Source: Fibrobacteria bacterium (GTDB lineage: Bacteria; Fibrobacterota; Fibrobacteria; UBA11236). Taken from it: a stretch of DNA of 50,253 nt. The translations under genes were made by a program, and so were the position numbers. Below, in pieces: positions 1 through 9,776 of this stretch; position 1 is the first letter of the stretch, and each line of letters begins with the position of its first letter. The notes under the pieces were generated by a model, which was not told the origin of the DNA, did no database searches, and saw only the letters and a program-made list of their open reading frames with translations. The stretch is taken from positions 1 through 50,253 of the forward strand of contig JAYTSD010000030.1 in the NCBI GenBank assembly GCA_043745805.1, in the 5' to 3' direction.

Positions 1-147
1 CAGATGGGAAACGAATAAAACAAGAAATGGACTCTTGGATATGAGTCTAAAACAAGATTACCAACATAAAAAGTGTAAACATTTTTTAGGACTTGACCAC
101 ACCCACCCGTGGGGGGCGAGGCGGGGGAATAAAAAATCCACCCCGAT

Positions 148-1536
148 TTACTCACAACGAAACTTGGAACTGCCTTCAGGAATTTGATCTGGATAATTTC
201 CATCAAAGCAAGCGGAGCAAAAATTTTCTTTGCCATGCGGAGCAACGCCTTTAAGTCCCTCAATGCTTAAATAGCAAAGGCTATCGGCACCCAGTAACTT
301 GGTGGTTTCCTCTAAAGTTAAGTTACCTGCAATAAGTTCGGTTTTGGAGGGAAAGTCCATGCCATAAAAACAGGGATTAATCACCGGCGGCGAACTAATG
401 CGAATATGCACTTCTTTAGCACCGGCATCGCGCAACATCTTGGTTAAGATTTTTAAAGTGGTTCCGCGTACAATGGAATCATCTACTAAAACAATGCGTT
501 TATCTTTAAGCACTCCATTAATAGTATTGAATTTCAATTTTACTTTTTGTTCGCGTACATTCTGCGAAGGATCGATAAAGGTGCGGCCTACATAATGATT
601 ACGCAATAAGCCAATGTCGAATTTAATTCCGCTTTCTTGCGCATAACCGAGCGCCGCCGTATTGCTGGAGTCCGGCACGGAAACTACCACATCAGCCACC
701 ACAGGATGTTCTTTAGCTAAAGCCTTTCCAATTTTGCGACGAATTTTATCGCAGCTTTCTTCAAAAATTCGGGAATCGGGACGAGAGAAATACACAAATT
801 CAAAAATACAATGCGCACGATGCGGCTTGGTGATGAAGATTTGTGATTCTAATCCATTACTATCAATGCGACATAATTCACCGGGTTTAATATCGCGGAC
901 ATAACTTGCGCTTAATAAATCGAGCGCACAAGTTTCCGAAGCGACTACCCATGTTTTATCCAAACGACCTAAGCATAATGGCCTGAAGCCAAAGCCATCG
1001 CGAGCGATAAATAATTCTTTAGGGGTAAGAAATACTAAACAAAAAGATCCGGTAACTTGCTGCAAGGATTCCGCAATCGCATCCATCAAGGATTCTTTTT
1101 TGGAGCGAGCAATTAAATGCAATATTATTTCGGTATCGGATGTGCTTTGAAAAATGTGACCATCGTCTTCCATGCCTTTGCGGATTTCTGGAGCGTTTAC
1201 AATATTGCCATTATGCGCAATCGCTATAGGCCCACGCTTGGTGGAAAATAATAGTGGCTGGGCATTATTAATATTCGAAGTGCCTGCGGTAGAGTAACGT
1301 ACATGTCCAATAGCGGCTTGGCCCGACATAGCTTTAATTTCTTTTTCATCTTGATTGAGTTCAGTGACAAGGCCCATGCGTTTTAAGATGGTGATATTTT
1401 CTCCATCGGCTGTGGCAACGCCCACACTCTCTTGTCCACGATGTTGCAAAGAGTATAATCCCATCACGACTCGGCGGGTAACTTCCGGTCCACCAAAAAT
1501 GCCCATGATGCCGCATTCTTCTTTGATTCTTTCCAC
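148..1536 (-). CDS. purF: Amidophosphoribosyltransferase (Fe-S/propeptide type)
   Basis: Propeptide then Ntn-Cys (EE|CGIMG); LQHRGQES, GHVRYST, AHNGN and PRPP-binding VLVDDSIVRGTT motifs; Fe-S cysteines in HCIFE, PCFYG and CSACF; GTG start. Confidence 0.97.
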   Translation of the reverse strand: MERIKEECGIMGIFGGPEVTRRVVMGLYSLQHRGQESVGVATADGENITILKRMGLVTELNQDEKEIKAMSGQAAIGHVRYSTAGTSNINNAQPLLFSTKRGPIAIAHNGNIVNAPEIRKGMEDDGHIFQSTSDTEIILHLIARSKKESLMDAIAESLQQVTGSFCLVFLTPKELFIARDGFGFRPLCLGRLDKTWVVASETCALDLLSASYVRDIKPGELCRIDSNGLESQIFITKPHRAHCIFEFVYFSRPDSRIFEESCDKIRRKIGKALAKEHPVVADVVVSVPDSSNTAALGYAQESGIKFDIGLLRNHYVGRTFIDPSQNVREQKVKLKFNTINGVLKDKRIVLVDDSIVRGTTLKILTKMLRDAGAKEVHIRISSPPVINPCFYGMDFPSKTELIAGNLTLEETTKLLGADSLCYLSIEGLKGVAPHGKENFCSACFDGNYPDQIPEGSSKFRCE

Positions 1537-1635
1537 TTATTCGCTCCTCATTGAGCGAGTAAATATAGCATTCGGGCAGCAAACCCGCTTTTTTATGGAC
1601 TCAAATCTCTCCATGCTCTACAATAAATTCAACTT

Positions 1636-2559
1636 ATGCGTTCCTCCTTTAATGATAACAGCCGAATTGTGGCTATTGGTGACTTACACGGTAATTATTC
1701 AGGGTTTAGGCAAATTCTTTTGCATTGCGGAATTATTGATGAACAAGATAAGTGGATAGCCGAGCGCACTCATTTGGTGCAATTAGGCGATATTTTGGGG
1801 CGCGGTGGTCAACCCGGTCGGATTTTTAGCCTTTTGAAAAAATTGGAAACCGAAGCCATTGTACATAATTCGCGCGTGCATGTGCTTATCGGTAATCATG
1901 AAGCGATGTCCATGGGTGGACTTTTCACCTATATCACCGAAGAAGAGATGGAAGATTTTGCAGATGAATCACATCTATTACCTTTCGAAAAGGTGAAGGT
2001 TCGTGCCAAACCTGGAGTGCATGAGCCTGAGCCGATTAATCGTAAAAAGTGGGCTTTAGAAAATTGCAAAAAGTTTCAGCGTTGTCTTTCGCCTAATGGG
2101 AAAGTCGGTAAATGGTTGGCTTTGCATAATTCCGCCATTAAAATCAATGGAACGCTTTTTGTGCATGGTGGTTTAACTCAAGATTTTGGTTATCAACCGC
2201 TTGCTATTTTAAATAAAAAAGTGCGCATAGAAATTCGTAAGCAACGTAGTGGACATGCCTTTGTGCATGATGGCTCTTTGCTTTCGAATCATGGGCCACA
2301 GTGGAATCGCGAGTATATCACACAGTATGGTGAGGAAAAAAAGCAAGAACTGAAAGAGATTTTGCAATTTCACCGTTGCAACCGCATGGTGGTAGGTCAC
2401 ACGCCGACTTCCATCATTGACAAAAGTAAAACCGGTCAAATTCTTCCCCTCTACGATGGTCAGTTTTTTTGCATTGATACGGGCATTGGAAAAACCTATG
2501 GCGAACATTTAAGCGCTATACATATCGATAGCAATAATATTCATTTCGTTTATCCTTAG
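1636..2559 (+). CDS. Metallophosphoesterase, Shewanella-like (Shelph) protein phosphatase
   Basis: GDLHG, GDILGRG, GNHE, FVHGG, VGHT and IDTG motifs. Confidence 0.85.
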   Translation: MRSSFNDNSRIVAIGDLHGNYSGFRQILLHCGIIDEQDKWIAERTHLVQLGDILGRGGQPGRIFSLLKKLETEAIVHNSRVHVLIGNHEAMSMGGLFTYITEEEMEDFADESHLLPFEKVKVRAKPGVHEPEPINRKKWALENCKKFQRCLSPNGKVGKWLALHNSAIKINGTLFVHGGLTQDFGYQPLAILNKKVRIEIRKQRSGHAFVHDGSLLSNHGPQWNREYITQYGEEKKQELKEILQFHRCNRMVVGHTPTSIIDKSKTGQILPLYDGQFFCIDTGIGKTYGEHLSAIHIDSNNIHFVYP

Positions 2560-2612
2560 GTTTTATCTAGCCCTGAACCTTGCTATATTTTCCTCTTTCA
2601 TGCGAGGTTTTT

Positions 2613-2927
2613 ATGGTTGCCCCAAACGATGATTTGGAAGAAAAGAATCAACACAGTATTAATATTGAATTGCCCGAAGCTGCCGCCGAAGGGATTTATT
2701 CCAACTTGGTTTTAGTGAGTCACAGCTCTTCGGAATTTGTGATCGACTTTGCCAGATTATTGCCTGGCCCACCAAAGGGTAAAGTCTATGCGCGCATTAT
2801 TATGACGCCCCAACATGCCAAATCTTTAATCGCCACTTTGCAAGATAATATGACGCGCTTCGAACGTAACTTCGGACCGATTATGCCTTTTCCAGGCGGC
2901 AATCCTTCCAATGAATTTGATTTATAG
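2613..2927 (+). CDS. DUF3467 family protein
   Basis: AEGIYSNL..SHSSSEFVIDF..ARIIMTPQHAK pattern; start moved to ATG 2613 behind a GAGG RBS. Confidence 0.85.
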   Translation: MVAPNDDLEEKNQHSINIELPEAAAEGIYSNLVLVSHSSSEFVIDFARLLPGPPKGKVYARIIMTPQHAKSLIATLQDNMTRFERNFGPIMPFPGGNPSNEFDL

Positions 2928-2935
2928 GAATTAAT

Positions 2936-3535
2936 ATGAAAGTGGTTTGTCTCGATTTAGAAGGTGTGCTTATCCCTGAGATTTGGGAGCATGTAGCACG
3001 CCGCACTCAAATTGCTAAACTCAATTTGACCACGCGCGATGTGAAAGATTATAGTGAACTCATGAATCATCGTATTGAGATTTGCTATCATCATGGCTTA
3101 ACCTTAAGCACTATTCAAGAATACATTGCGGAACTTGCCTGTTACGAGGGTGCGCGAGTTTTTTTAGATGACTTACGGAGTAAATATCAGGTAATTATTT
3201 TGTCGGATACATTTTATGAATTTCAATTTCATTTTATGAAACTTTTAGGTTACCCGACTTTGTTTTGCCATACTATTAGTTTTAATGAAACCACGCAAAA
3301 AATTGAATTTGCTTTGCGCCAACAAAATTCCAAAAAAGAAGCCGTACTTGCTTTGCGATCTTTGAACTTTAAAGTTTGTGCGGCAGGTGACTCCTATAAC
3401 GATATACATATGCTAAAAGAAGCTCATGTGGCTAGCTTTTTCCGCGCTCCTACTAGCATCAATCAGGAATTTCCACAATTTGGAAATATTCAAAGTTACC
3501 CTGAATTAACAGCTTTTATTGAAATGAATTTGTAA
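2936..3535 (+). CDS. thrH: Phosphoserine phosphatase / homoserine phosphotransferase (HAD)
   Basis: CLDLEGVLIPEIW, TTRD, ILSDTFYEF and AAGDSYND motifs. Confidence 0.92.
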   Translation: MKVVCLDLEGVLIPEIWEHVARRTQIAKLNLTTRDVKDYSELMNHRIEICYHHGLTLSTIQEYIAELACYEGARVFLDDLRSKYQVIILSDTFYEFQFHFMKLLGYPTLFCHTISFNETTQKIEFALRQQNSKKEAVLALRSLNFKVCAAGDSYNDIHMLKEAHVASFFRAPTSINQEFPQFGNIQSYPELTAFIEMNL

Positions 3536-3544
3536 AATAATAGG

Positions 3545-4417
3545 ATGGAAATTCAAACTCCTCCCAAACAATTATTGCGGACTTGGTTACAATCAAGAAT
3601 TAATGCCGATGCTTTTGTTTGGCTTTCCGAAAAAATTTCTCTCATTGAAAAAGAATCCAGCGATAAAATTTTTTATTCCAGCTTTAGTGCGGTGATTCGC
3701 TTTACTGGAAAAGCGGAATTAAAACTTTCCGCCGAAGAAATCGCCGATGCAAAAACCACTTTAGCGGGTTGGGCACCTCAGTATTGGACCTTAGCCGAAG
3801 CGGCACGCGCTTGTATTTTACTCGCCTTGCCTGCGAGCAATGCCCAAACATTTGGAAACTTGCTTCAACAAACTTTACAAACCGCCGACATGGGCGAAAG
3901 CTTGGCTATATATAAAGCCTTGCCATTATTACCTTATCCTGAAACTCTGATAGATAAAGCTACTGAAGGTGTACGTAACAATATGAAGTCAGCTTATGAA
4001 GCGGTCGCTTTGCATAATCCTTTTCCAGCACAATATTTTGCCGAAGGCGCGTGGAATCAAATGGTGGTGAAAGCTTTGTTTGTGGATTCTCCATTGCGTG
4101 ATGTGGTGGGCTTGGATGCGCGCGCGAATATTACTCTCAAACAAATTCTTGTGGATTTAGCCCATGAACGCTGGGCTGCGCAGCGCCTCGTAAGTCCAGA
4201 GATTTGGCGTTTAGTCGCCCCCTTCGCCAATGAAATGGACATTTTAGATTTGCAAAAAGTTTTGCAAAACGGAAATGCCTTAGAACAAAGCGGCGCAGCT
4301 TTGGCTTTACACTTTTGTCCTTTAGCCAATGCCAAAAAAATCTTAGTGAACTATCCGAATTTCGTCGAAGCCATACAAAACAAAAAAATGTCTTGGGAGA
4401 ATTTACCTTATGTCTGA
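3545..4417 (+). CDS. eboA: EboA domain protein
   Basis: EGVRNNM..EAVALHNPFPAQYF.E.AWNQMVVKALF..LAHERWAAQR.V pattern; overlaps a TatD/EboB gene. Confidence 0.85.
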   Translation: MEIQTPPKQLLRTWLQSRINADAFVWLSEKISLIEKESSDKIFYSSFSAVIRFTGKAELKLSAEEIADAKTTLAGWAPQYWTLAEAARACILLALPASNAQTFGNLLQQTLQTADMGESLAIYKALPLLPYPETLIDKATEGVRNNMKSAYEAVALHNPFPAQYFAEGAWNQMVVKALFVDSPLRDVVGLDARANITLKQILVDLAHERWAAQRLVSPEIWRLVAPFANEMDILDLQKVLQNGNALEQSGAALALHFCPLANAKKILVNYPNFVEAIQNKKMSWENLPYV

Positions 4418-5339
4418 TAAAAATTCTGATGTCAATATTCCAGCAAAAATTCGTCGCTACATTGATCCTCATGTGCATATGATTTCACGCACAACCGATG
4501 ACTATCAATTGATGGCGGCGGCTGGTGTGGTCGCGGTGATTGAACCGGCTTTTTGGGTAGGACAACCGCGTACCACCATTGGTACCTTCAGCGATTATTT
4601 TGCTTCGCTTGTAGGCTGGGAACGTTTTCGCGCTTCGCAATTTGGCATTCACCATTATTGCACCATCGGCCTTAATTCCAAGGAAGCCAATAATGAAGCC
4701 TTGGCGGAACAAGTCATTGATTTGTTACCTCGTTTTGCCGGCAAAGAAGGCGTCGTTGCAATTGGTGAAATTGGTTATGATGAAATGACTGCTCTAGAAG
4801 AAAAGTTTTTTCGCATTCAATTAGATCTCGCGAAAGAAATGAAAATGCCGGTGATGGTGCATACACCGCATCGCAATAAAAAGGTCGGCACCACGCGCAG
4901 TATGGATGTTTGCGTAGAACATGGCTTAGCTCCGCATATGGTAGTGATTGATCATAATAATGAAGAGACTTGCAAAGAAGTTTTGGATCGTGGCTTTTGG
5001 GCCGCCTTTACTATTTACCCCAAAACCAAAATGGGTAATAAGCGCATGGTGGACTTGGTGCAAAAATATGGCAGCGAACGCATCATTGTGGACTCCAGCG
5101 CAGATTGGGGCATTTCGGATCCCATGGCGGTTCCTAAAACGGCACAACTCATGCTCGACAGCGGTATCTCCGAAGATACGGTGCACGCTGTATGTTACCG
5201 TAATGCTTTAAAGGCCTATGGCCAAAGTGGACAATTTAATGAAAGCGATTGGCTTAATGCGCAAACACCGGATCAAAAGCAATTGTTCGAAGGCAATAGT
5301 ATTTTGCGTGGTGAAAAAGATGCGCGAGAAATTTCGTAA
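4410..5339 (+). CDS. eboB: TatD-family metal-dependent hydrolase (EboB-like)
   Basis: DPHVHMISRTTDDY, IEPAFWVGQPRT, GEIGYD, VHTPH, DHNNE and DSSADWG motifs. Confidence 0.85.
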   Translation: MSDKNSDVNIPAKIRRYIDPHVHMISRTTDDYQLMAAAGVVAVIEPAFWVGQPRTTIGTFSDYFASLVGWERFRASQFGIHHYCTIGLNSKEANNEALAEQVIDLLPRFAGKEGVVAIGEIGYDEMTALEEKFFRIQLDLAKEMKMPVMVHTPHRNKKVGTTRSMDVCVEHGLAPHMVVIDHNNEETCKEVLDRGFWAAFTIYPKTKMGNKRMVDLVQKYGSERIIVDSSADWGISDPMAVPKTAQLMLDSGISEDTVHAVCYRNALKAYGQSGQFNESDWLNAQTPDQKQLFEGNSILRGEKDAREIS

Positions 5340-5372
5340 TTAGAGGAACGCCTTCCCCTGGCCTCGGCTTCA

Positions 5373-5479
5373 CGGTTACTTCGACAAGCTCAGTGACCGA
5401 GGTACAACAGACTCAGCGACCGTAAACTTTTCGGACACTTAGCTTGTCGCTCCGGTCACTGAGCCTGTCGAAGTGACCG
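5373..5479. repeat. REP/BIME-like palindromic repeat cluster between convergent genes
   Basis: CGGTTACTTCGACAAGCTCAGTGACCG (5373-5399) and its inverted copy CGGTCACTGAGCCTGTCGAAGTGACCG (5453-5479), 25/27 complementary, with two degenerate inner copies. Confidence 0.8.
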
Positions 5480-5528
5480 AAATATGCAAGTTAACTCGCG
5501 TTTTCCTCGTTCACCCCTTATTGTGTTT

Positions 5529-8500
5529 TTAATGTGCGAATTTCTGCTTTTTCTCTTTGCGTTTTTCCCAAGTATAATACAGCGTAGGCACTACCACTAA
5601 GGTTAACAAAGTGTTGAAAAACAAACCCCAGAAAATCGCATACGCCATAGGTTCCCACCACATTTGCGATTCAGAACGTGTCACGAAAGTTAAATGGGTG
5701 AAATCAATACCTTTACCTGTGGCCATTGGCAATAAACCAATCATCGCCGTGATAGCCGTTAAGATAACCGGACGTAAACGTGTAGCACCGCCTTCAATTA
5801 CTGCTTCGCGCAAAGGATGGCCCTGCGCTCTAAGATGATTGATAAAATCGATTAATACGATACCATTCTTCGCCACCACACCGGCTAAAGCGATAATCCC
5901 AATACCCGACATTAAAATGGAAAAGGTCACATGCACCATGAGTAACCCCCAGAATACGCCTCCTAAGGAAAGAATAATTCCAATGATTACTAAGAAAGGT
6001 TGTGATACCGAGTTGAATTGGAAAACCATGGTTAAGAAAACCAAAGCCATAGCGATTAAAAAAGCCTTACCCAAAAACTTTTGCGTGTCTTCTTGATCGC
6101 GATTACTGCTACCATTTTGAATATTATAACCAGGTATAGCTTGAACTTTTTTAGCAGCCATTAAAGCAGCGGCCTTAGGTTTACTTTCATCCTTGGTGCC
6201 AGGCGTTAATTCAGCCCATACTTGAATAGTACGTTGACCATTTAAATGACGAATATTTGCCAAGCTCGCTTTTTGTGTTACCGTAGCCATGGACGACAGA
6301 GGAATCATGGATCCTTCTTTAGAAACCGTAATTTGATCGAGTACCGAAAAGGATTCGCGCGTCGCAGGATCTAGACGTACCATAATATCGTATTCATCTT
6401 TTCCTACCCGATACTTAGCTGTTTCCACACCATGAATGGCACCGCGCACGGCCATAGCTACATCACTCGCGGACAAACCCATATTCATGGCTTGTTCACG
6501 ATTCACATCAATACTAAGCTCTGGACGAATAGGATCATAATCCCAATTGATATTAACAATACCCGGAACTGTGGCTAATTGTTTTTTTAAGCTATCGGCA
6601 AGTGAAGCCAGTATATTAAAATCGTTTCCTACAATTTCAAAGGATACAGGATAACCTTGCGGTGGACCTTCCGCTTGTTTTTTAACACGTACTTTCCATC
6701 CGGGTAAAAGTTGCGGAATATTATCTTGCATCCAAGTCATGGAAATCCAAGAAGGTACCTTGCGACTTTCATATTCTTCAAAGGAAACATCTACATAACC
6801 GCGATGGCTTTCCGGTTGACGATCGCCACCAGGCATATCCACTTTTCCAAAACCTACCACGCCCGAAAGGCTCTTGACATCAGCAACTTCCTTGGGCATC
6901 GTTAATAATTTGTTTTCCACAATCTTTAAGGCCGAATCGGTGGAACGAACATCAATCCCCAATGGACCTTCTATTTCAGCTGCCACTACTGCTGGTTCAA
7001 TATTAGGGAAAAATACTGCCCCGGTTCCAAATACACCGTAACACACAATGCCACCCACTACAAAGAGAGCACATAACCCAATAATTACCAAAGGTCTATC
7101 CACGAAGCGATGCAAAATATTACGATAATGTTTTTTGATTTTTTCAAAGCCTTGGCTTTCATGTTCCATGCCCTTTGCGGCTTTTGCCGTCATAAATAAA
7201 GAGGCAAAAACGGGATTAAAAACAAAGGCGACGAATAATGAACCTGTTAAAGTAATAGATACAGTAATAGGTAAATATTTCATGAACTGACCCATCATAC
7301 CCGGCATCCATAAAATCGGTAGAAAGGCTACTACTGTGGTTATGGTAGCGGTAGCTACAGGAATAGCTACTTCAGTGGTTCCATCAATGGCCGCTTGTAT
7401 ACGTGTTTTACCCATTTGCAAATGCCGGTATATATTTTCTACTACCACAATCCCATCATCTACAAGCATACCCAAAGAAATGACCAAAGAAAATAACACC
7501 ACCATATTGAGGGTAACACCCATGGAGTCCAAAACCAAAAAGCCCATCATCATACTAAAAGGAATTGCTGTACTGATGAAAAAACTATTACGAAATCCTA
7601 AGAAAAAGGATATCAATGCCACTACTAAAATCAAACCAGTAATAATATGGTTTTGTAATTCATTCACCATATGGCGAATTTTTACACTTTCATCGAAGGT
7701 ATAATCGATAGTAGTTCCTGCGGGCCAACTGCTCTGAAGTCCGGCTACCACCTTCTTAGCTTCATCCACTAATTGAATAATATTCGACCCTGTGCGTTTA
7801 GTCACCGAAATAGCCAAGGAATTTTTCCCATTTAAACGAAAAAGTGTTTTTCGTTCGCGAGAGTAACCAAAACTCACTTTGGCTAAGTCACTCACTCGCA
7901 CTGCTTTACCTTTTTCGTTGCGCACAATGATATTGCCAAAAGCTTCAGGGCTTTTTAATTCACCCGTCAATTGCAAGGAAAAGCGATTTCCTGCTGCGCG
8001 CAAAGTTCCACCCGGTACATTACGATGTTGACCTTGCACAGCTTTCACAATATCATTAATACTCAAATCATATTGACGTAACTTGGAAGGGTCGGCATCT
8101 ATGGCTAATTCTTTTTCTTGCTTGCCCGTAATTTGCGCATCAAGCACCCCGGGTAAGGCTTTTATCTTATCCTTTAAATCTTCTACTACTCTATCTAAGC
8201 GTTCATTTCCGTATTCCGCCGAAAGCGACATTACAAATATGGGAATATTGGAAAAATTTAATTCTTGTACGCTAGGTTCCTTTGCATCTTGCGGCATATC
8301 TGCTTTGGCTTCATCGACTTTATCTTTAACCCGACGCAAGCATGTTTCTACAGGAATGTCAGGATTAAATTCCACGGCTACGCTGGAAAATCCATCACCA
8401 CTTTGACTGGTGTATTTTTTTAGTCCATCCAGGCCTTCTAATTTGTCTTCGATCTTTTGTGTCACTAAATTTTCCATGTCTTCGGGAGAAGCGCCAGGAT

Positions 8501-8645
8501 AAATTACATTCACAAAAATTAAAGGGATTTTTATTTCTGGAGCCGATTCACGCGGAAGAAATACATAAGAGACCGCTCCAGCTAAAAGAATAATAGCTGC
8601 CAATACCAAAATGGTTACTGGATTTTTAACCGCAAAACGCGTCAT
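5529..8645 (-). CDS. RND efflux transporter permease (AcrB/AcrD/AcrF family)
   Basis: About 1040 aa; LGMLVDDGIVVVENI, RLRPVILTAITAMIGLLPMA; start at ATG 8645 after a GGAAAGGA RBS. Confidence 0.95.
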   Translation of the reverse strand: MTRFAVKNPVTILVLAAIILLAGAVSYVFLPRESAPEIKIPLIFVNVIYPGASPEDMENLVTQKIEDKLEGLDGLKKYTSQSGDGFSSVAVEFNPDIPVETCLRRVKDKVDEAKADMPQDAKEPSVQELNFSNIPIFVMSLSAEYGNERLDRVVEDLKDKIKALPGVLDAQITGKQEKELAIDADPSKLRQYDLSINDIVKAVQGQHRNVPGGTLRAAGNRFSLQLTGELKSPEAFGNIIVRNEKGKAVRVSDLAKVSFGYSRERKTLFRLNGKNSLAISVTKRTGSNIIQLVDEAKKVVAGLQSSWPAGTTIDYTFDESVKIRHMVNELQNHIITGLILVVALISFFLGFRNSFFISTAIPFSMMMGFLVLDSMGVTLNMVVLFSLVISLGMLVDDGIVVVENIYRHLQMGKTRIQAAIDGTTEVAIPVATATITTVVAFLPILWMPGMMGQFMKYLPITVSITLTGSLFVAFVFNPVFASLFMTAKAAKGMEHESQGFEKIKKHYRNILHRFVDRPLVIIGLCALFVVGGIVCYGVFGTGAVFFPNIEPAVVAAEIEGPLGIDVRSTDSALKIVENKLLTMPKEVADVKSLSGVVGFGKVDMPGGDRQPESHRGYVDVSFEEYESRKVPSWISMTWMQDNIPQLLPGWKVRVKKQAEGPPQGYPVSFEIVGNDFNILASLADSLKKQLATVPGIVNINWDYDPIRPELSIDVNREQAMNMGLSASDVAMAVRGAIHGVETAKYRVGKDEYDIMVRLDPATRESFSVLDQITVSKEGSMIPLSSMATVTQKASLANIRHLNGQRTIQVWAELTPGTKDESKPKAAALMAAKKVQAIPGYNIQNGSSNRDQEDTQKFLGKAFLIAMALVFLTMVFQFNSVSQPFLVIIGIILSLGGVFWGLLMVHVTFSILMSGIGIIALAGVVAKNGIVLIDFINHLRAQGHPLREAVIEGGATRLRPVILTAITAMIGLLPMATGKGIDFTHLTFVTRSESQMWWEPMAYAIFWGLFFNTLLTLVVVPTLYYTWEKRKEKKQKFAH

Positions 8646-8727
8646 GGTTATTTCCTTTCCAAAAATCCACCTCAAGCCATTGGGGCCAAGGCGTAATTAT
8701 GATTGATGGCATTCCTGCCTTAATGGC

Positions 8728-9768
8728 CTAGTTTTTAATTGACATTCCATCCGAAACTTGGAAGCCACCTGTTACAATTAAATTATCATCCGCTTTCAAA
8801 CCGGTTAACACCTGTACGGTATTGCCTTCGGAGCGACCTAAAGTAACCGGTACTTGTTTAGCTTTTCCTTCGACATATAACATCACAAAAGTTCCCTCTT
8901 GTAAACGCAGTACCGCTTGAGAAGGAACCATAATGGCATCTTTAAAGGTTTTACGTAAAATGCGTGCACGACCAACCATACCCGGTCTTAGTTTTAATCC
9001 CGTATTTGGAATTTCAATTCTAGCCGTAACGGTTCGGTTACGTGATTCGACTGCCTTATCCAAGCTTTTTAATTTTCCGTAAAAAACCTTTGTGGTGTCT
9101 TGAATCAAGTAAAATGCTGCCTTTTCACCCTCAGTAAAATCACTGCTTTCATTTTCGGGAATAGCTACTACCGCTTCAAGTTTATCGATGCTCGATAAAC
9201 GCACTGTTGGCATTCCAGGACCAATGGTTTGAAATTTCTCAATAGTTCGGCTCACCAAAATACCGGTGAAAGGAGCTTGGCAACGGCTGTCTTCATAAGT
9301 TCTTTGCGCTTGTAAATAAGCTACACGAGCGGCTTGATAACCCAGATTAGCATTATCCAAAGCGGTTTTGCCGACAAAGCCCTTGTCCACATTGGTTTTC
9401 ATTCTTTCGACTTCGTTTTTGGCGACATCGACTTGGGATTGCGCTTGCATGACTATAGCTTGAAAACGATTGCTTTCAATATCACACAATGCTTGACCTG
9501 CTTTAACGGCACGCCCAACTTCTAAAACATTGGTGACACGACCGCCCATGCCACTGGTGAGCACGGCATCATTCGCTCCACGTAAATCAGCGCTATAATT
9601 ACCCCAGTCTTCAAATGAAGAGACGGTAACTTTTGCGCTAACAATATGCACTCCTTGAGTGGATTCCAATCCAGCATCTGGTTTTTTTTCTTCATCCTTT
9701 TTTTTGCATCCCAAAAATGCAATAGATGCAGTCGTAATGGCTAAGAGAACTATGTGACGGGTATTCAT
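8728..9768 (-). CDS. RND periplasmic adaptor (membrane fusion) lipoprotein
   Basis: Lipobox FLGC; APFTG, LRPGM and VLTGL motifs; lies between the TolC and RND genes. Confidence 0.93.
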   Translation of the reverse strand: MNTRHIVLLAITTASIAFLGCKKKDEEKKPDAGLESTQGVHIVSAKVTVSSFEDWGNYSADLRGANDAVLTSGMGGRVTNVLEVGRAVKAGQALCDIESNRFQAIVMQAQSQVDVAKNEVERMKTNVDKGFVGKTALDNANLGYQAARVAYLQAQRTYEDSRCQAPFTGILVSRTIEKFQTIGPGMPTVRLSSIDKLEAVVAIPENESSDFTEGEKAAFYLIQDTTKVFYGKLKSLDKAVESRNRTVTARIEIPNTGLKLRPGMVGRARILRKTFKDAIMVPSQAVLRLQEGTFVMLYVEGKAKQVPVTLGRSEGNTVQVLTGLKADDNLIVTGGFQVSDGMSIKN

Positions 9769-9776
9769 AAAACCTC

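Noticed and set aside
398-1759. Short ORFs overlapping purF (398-595, 662-904, 1355-1759, 1361-1582)
   Set aside because: Shadow frames of a well-conserved gene, with no motifs
5373-5479. Palindrome considered as a tRNA or mini-CRISPR
   Set aside because: No cloverleaf despite the TTCGA; units are inverted rather than direct repeats
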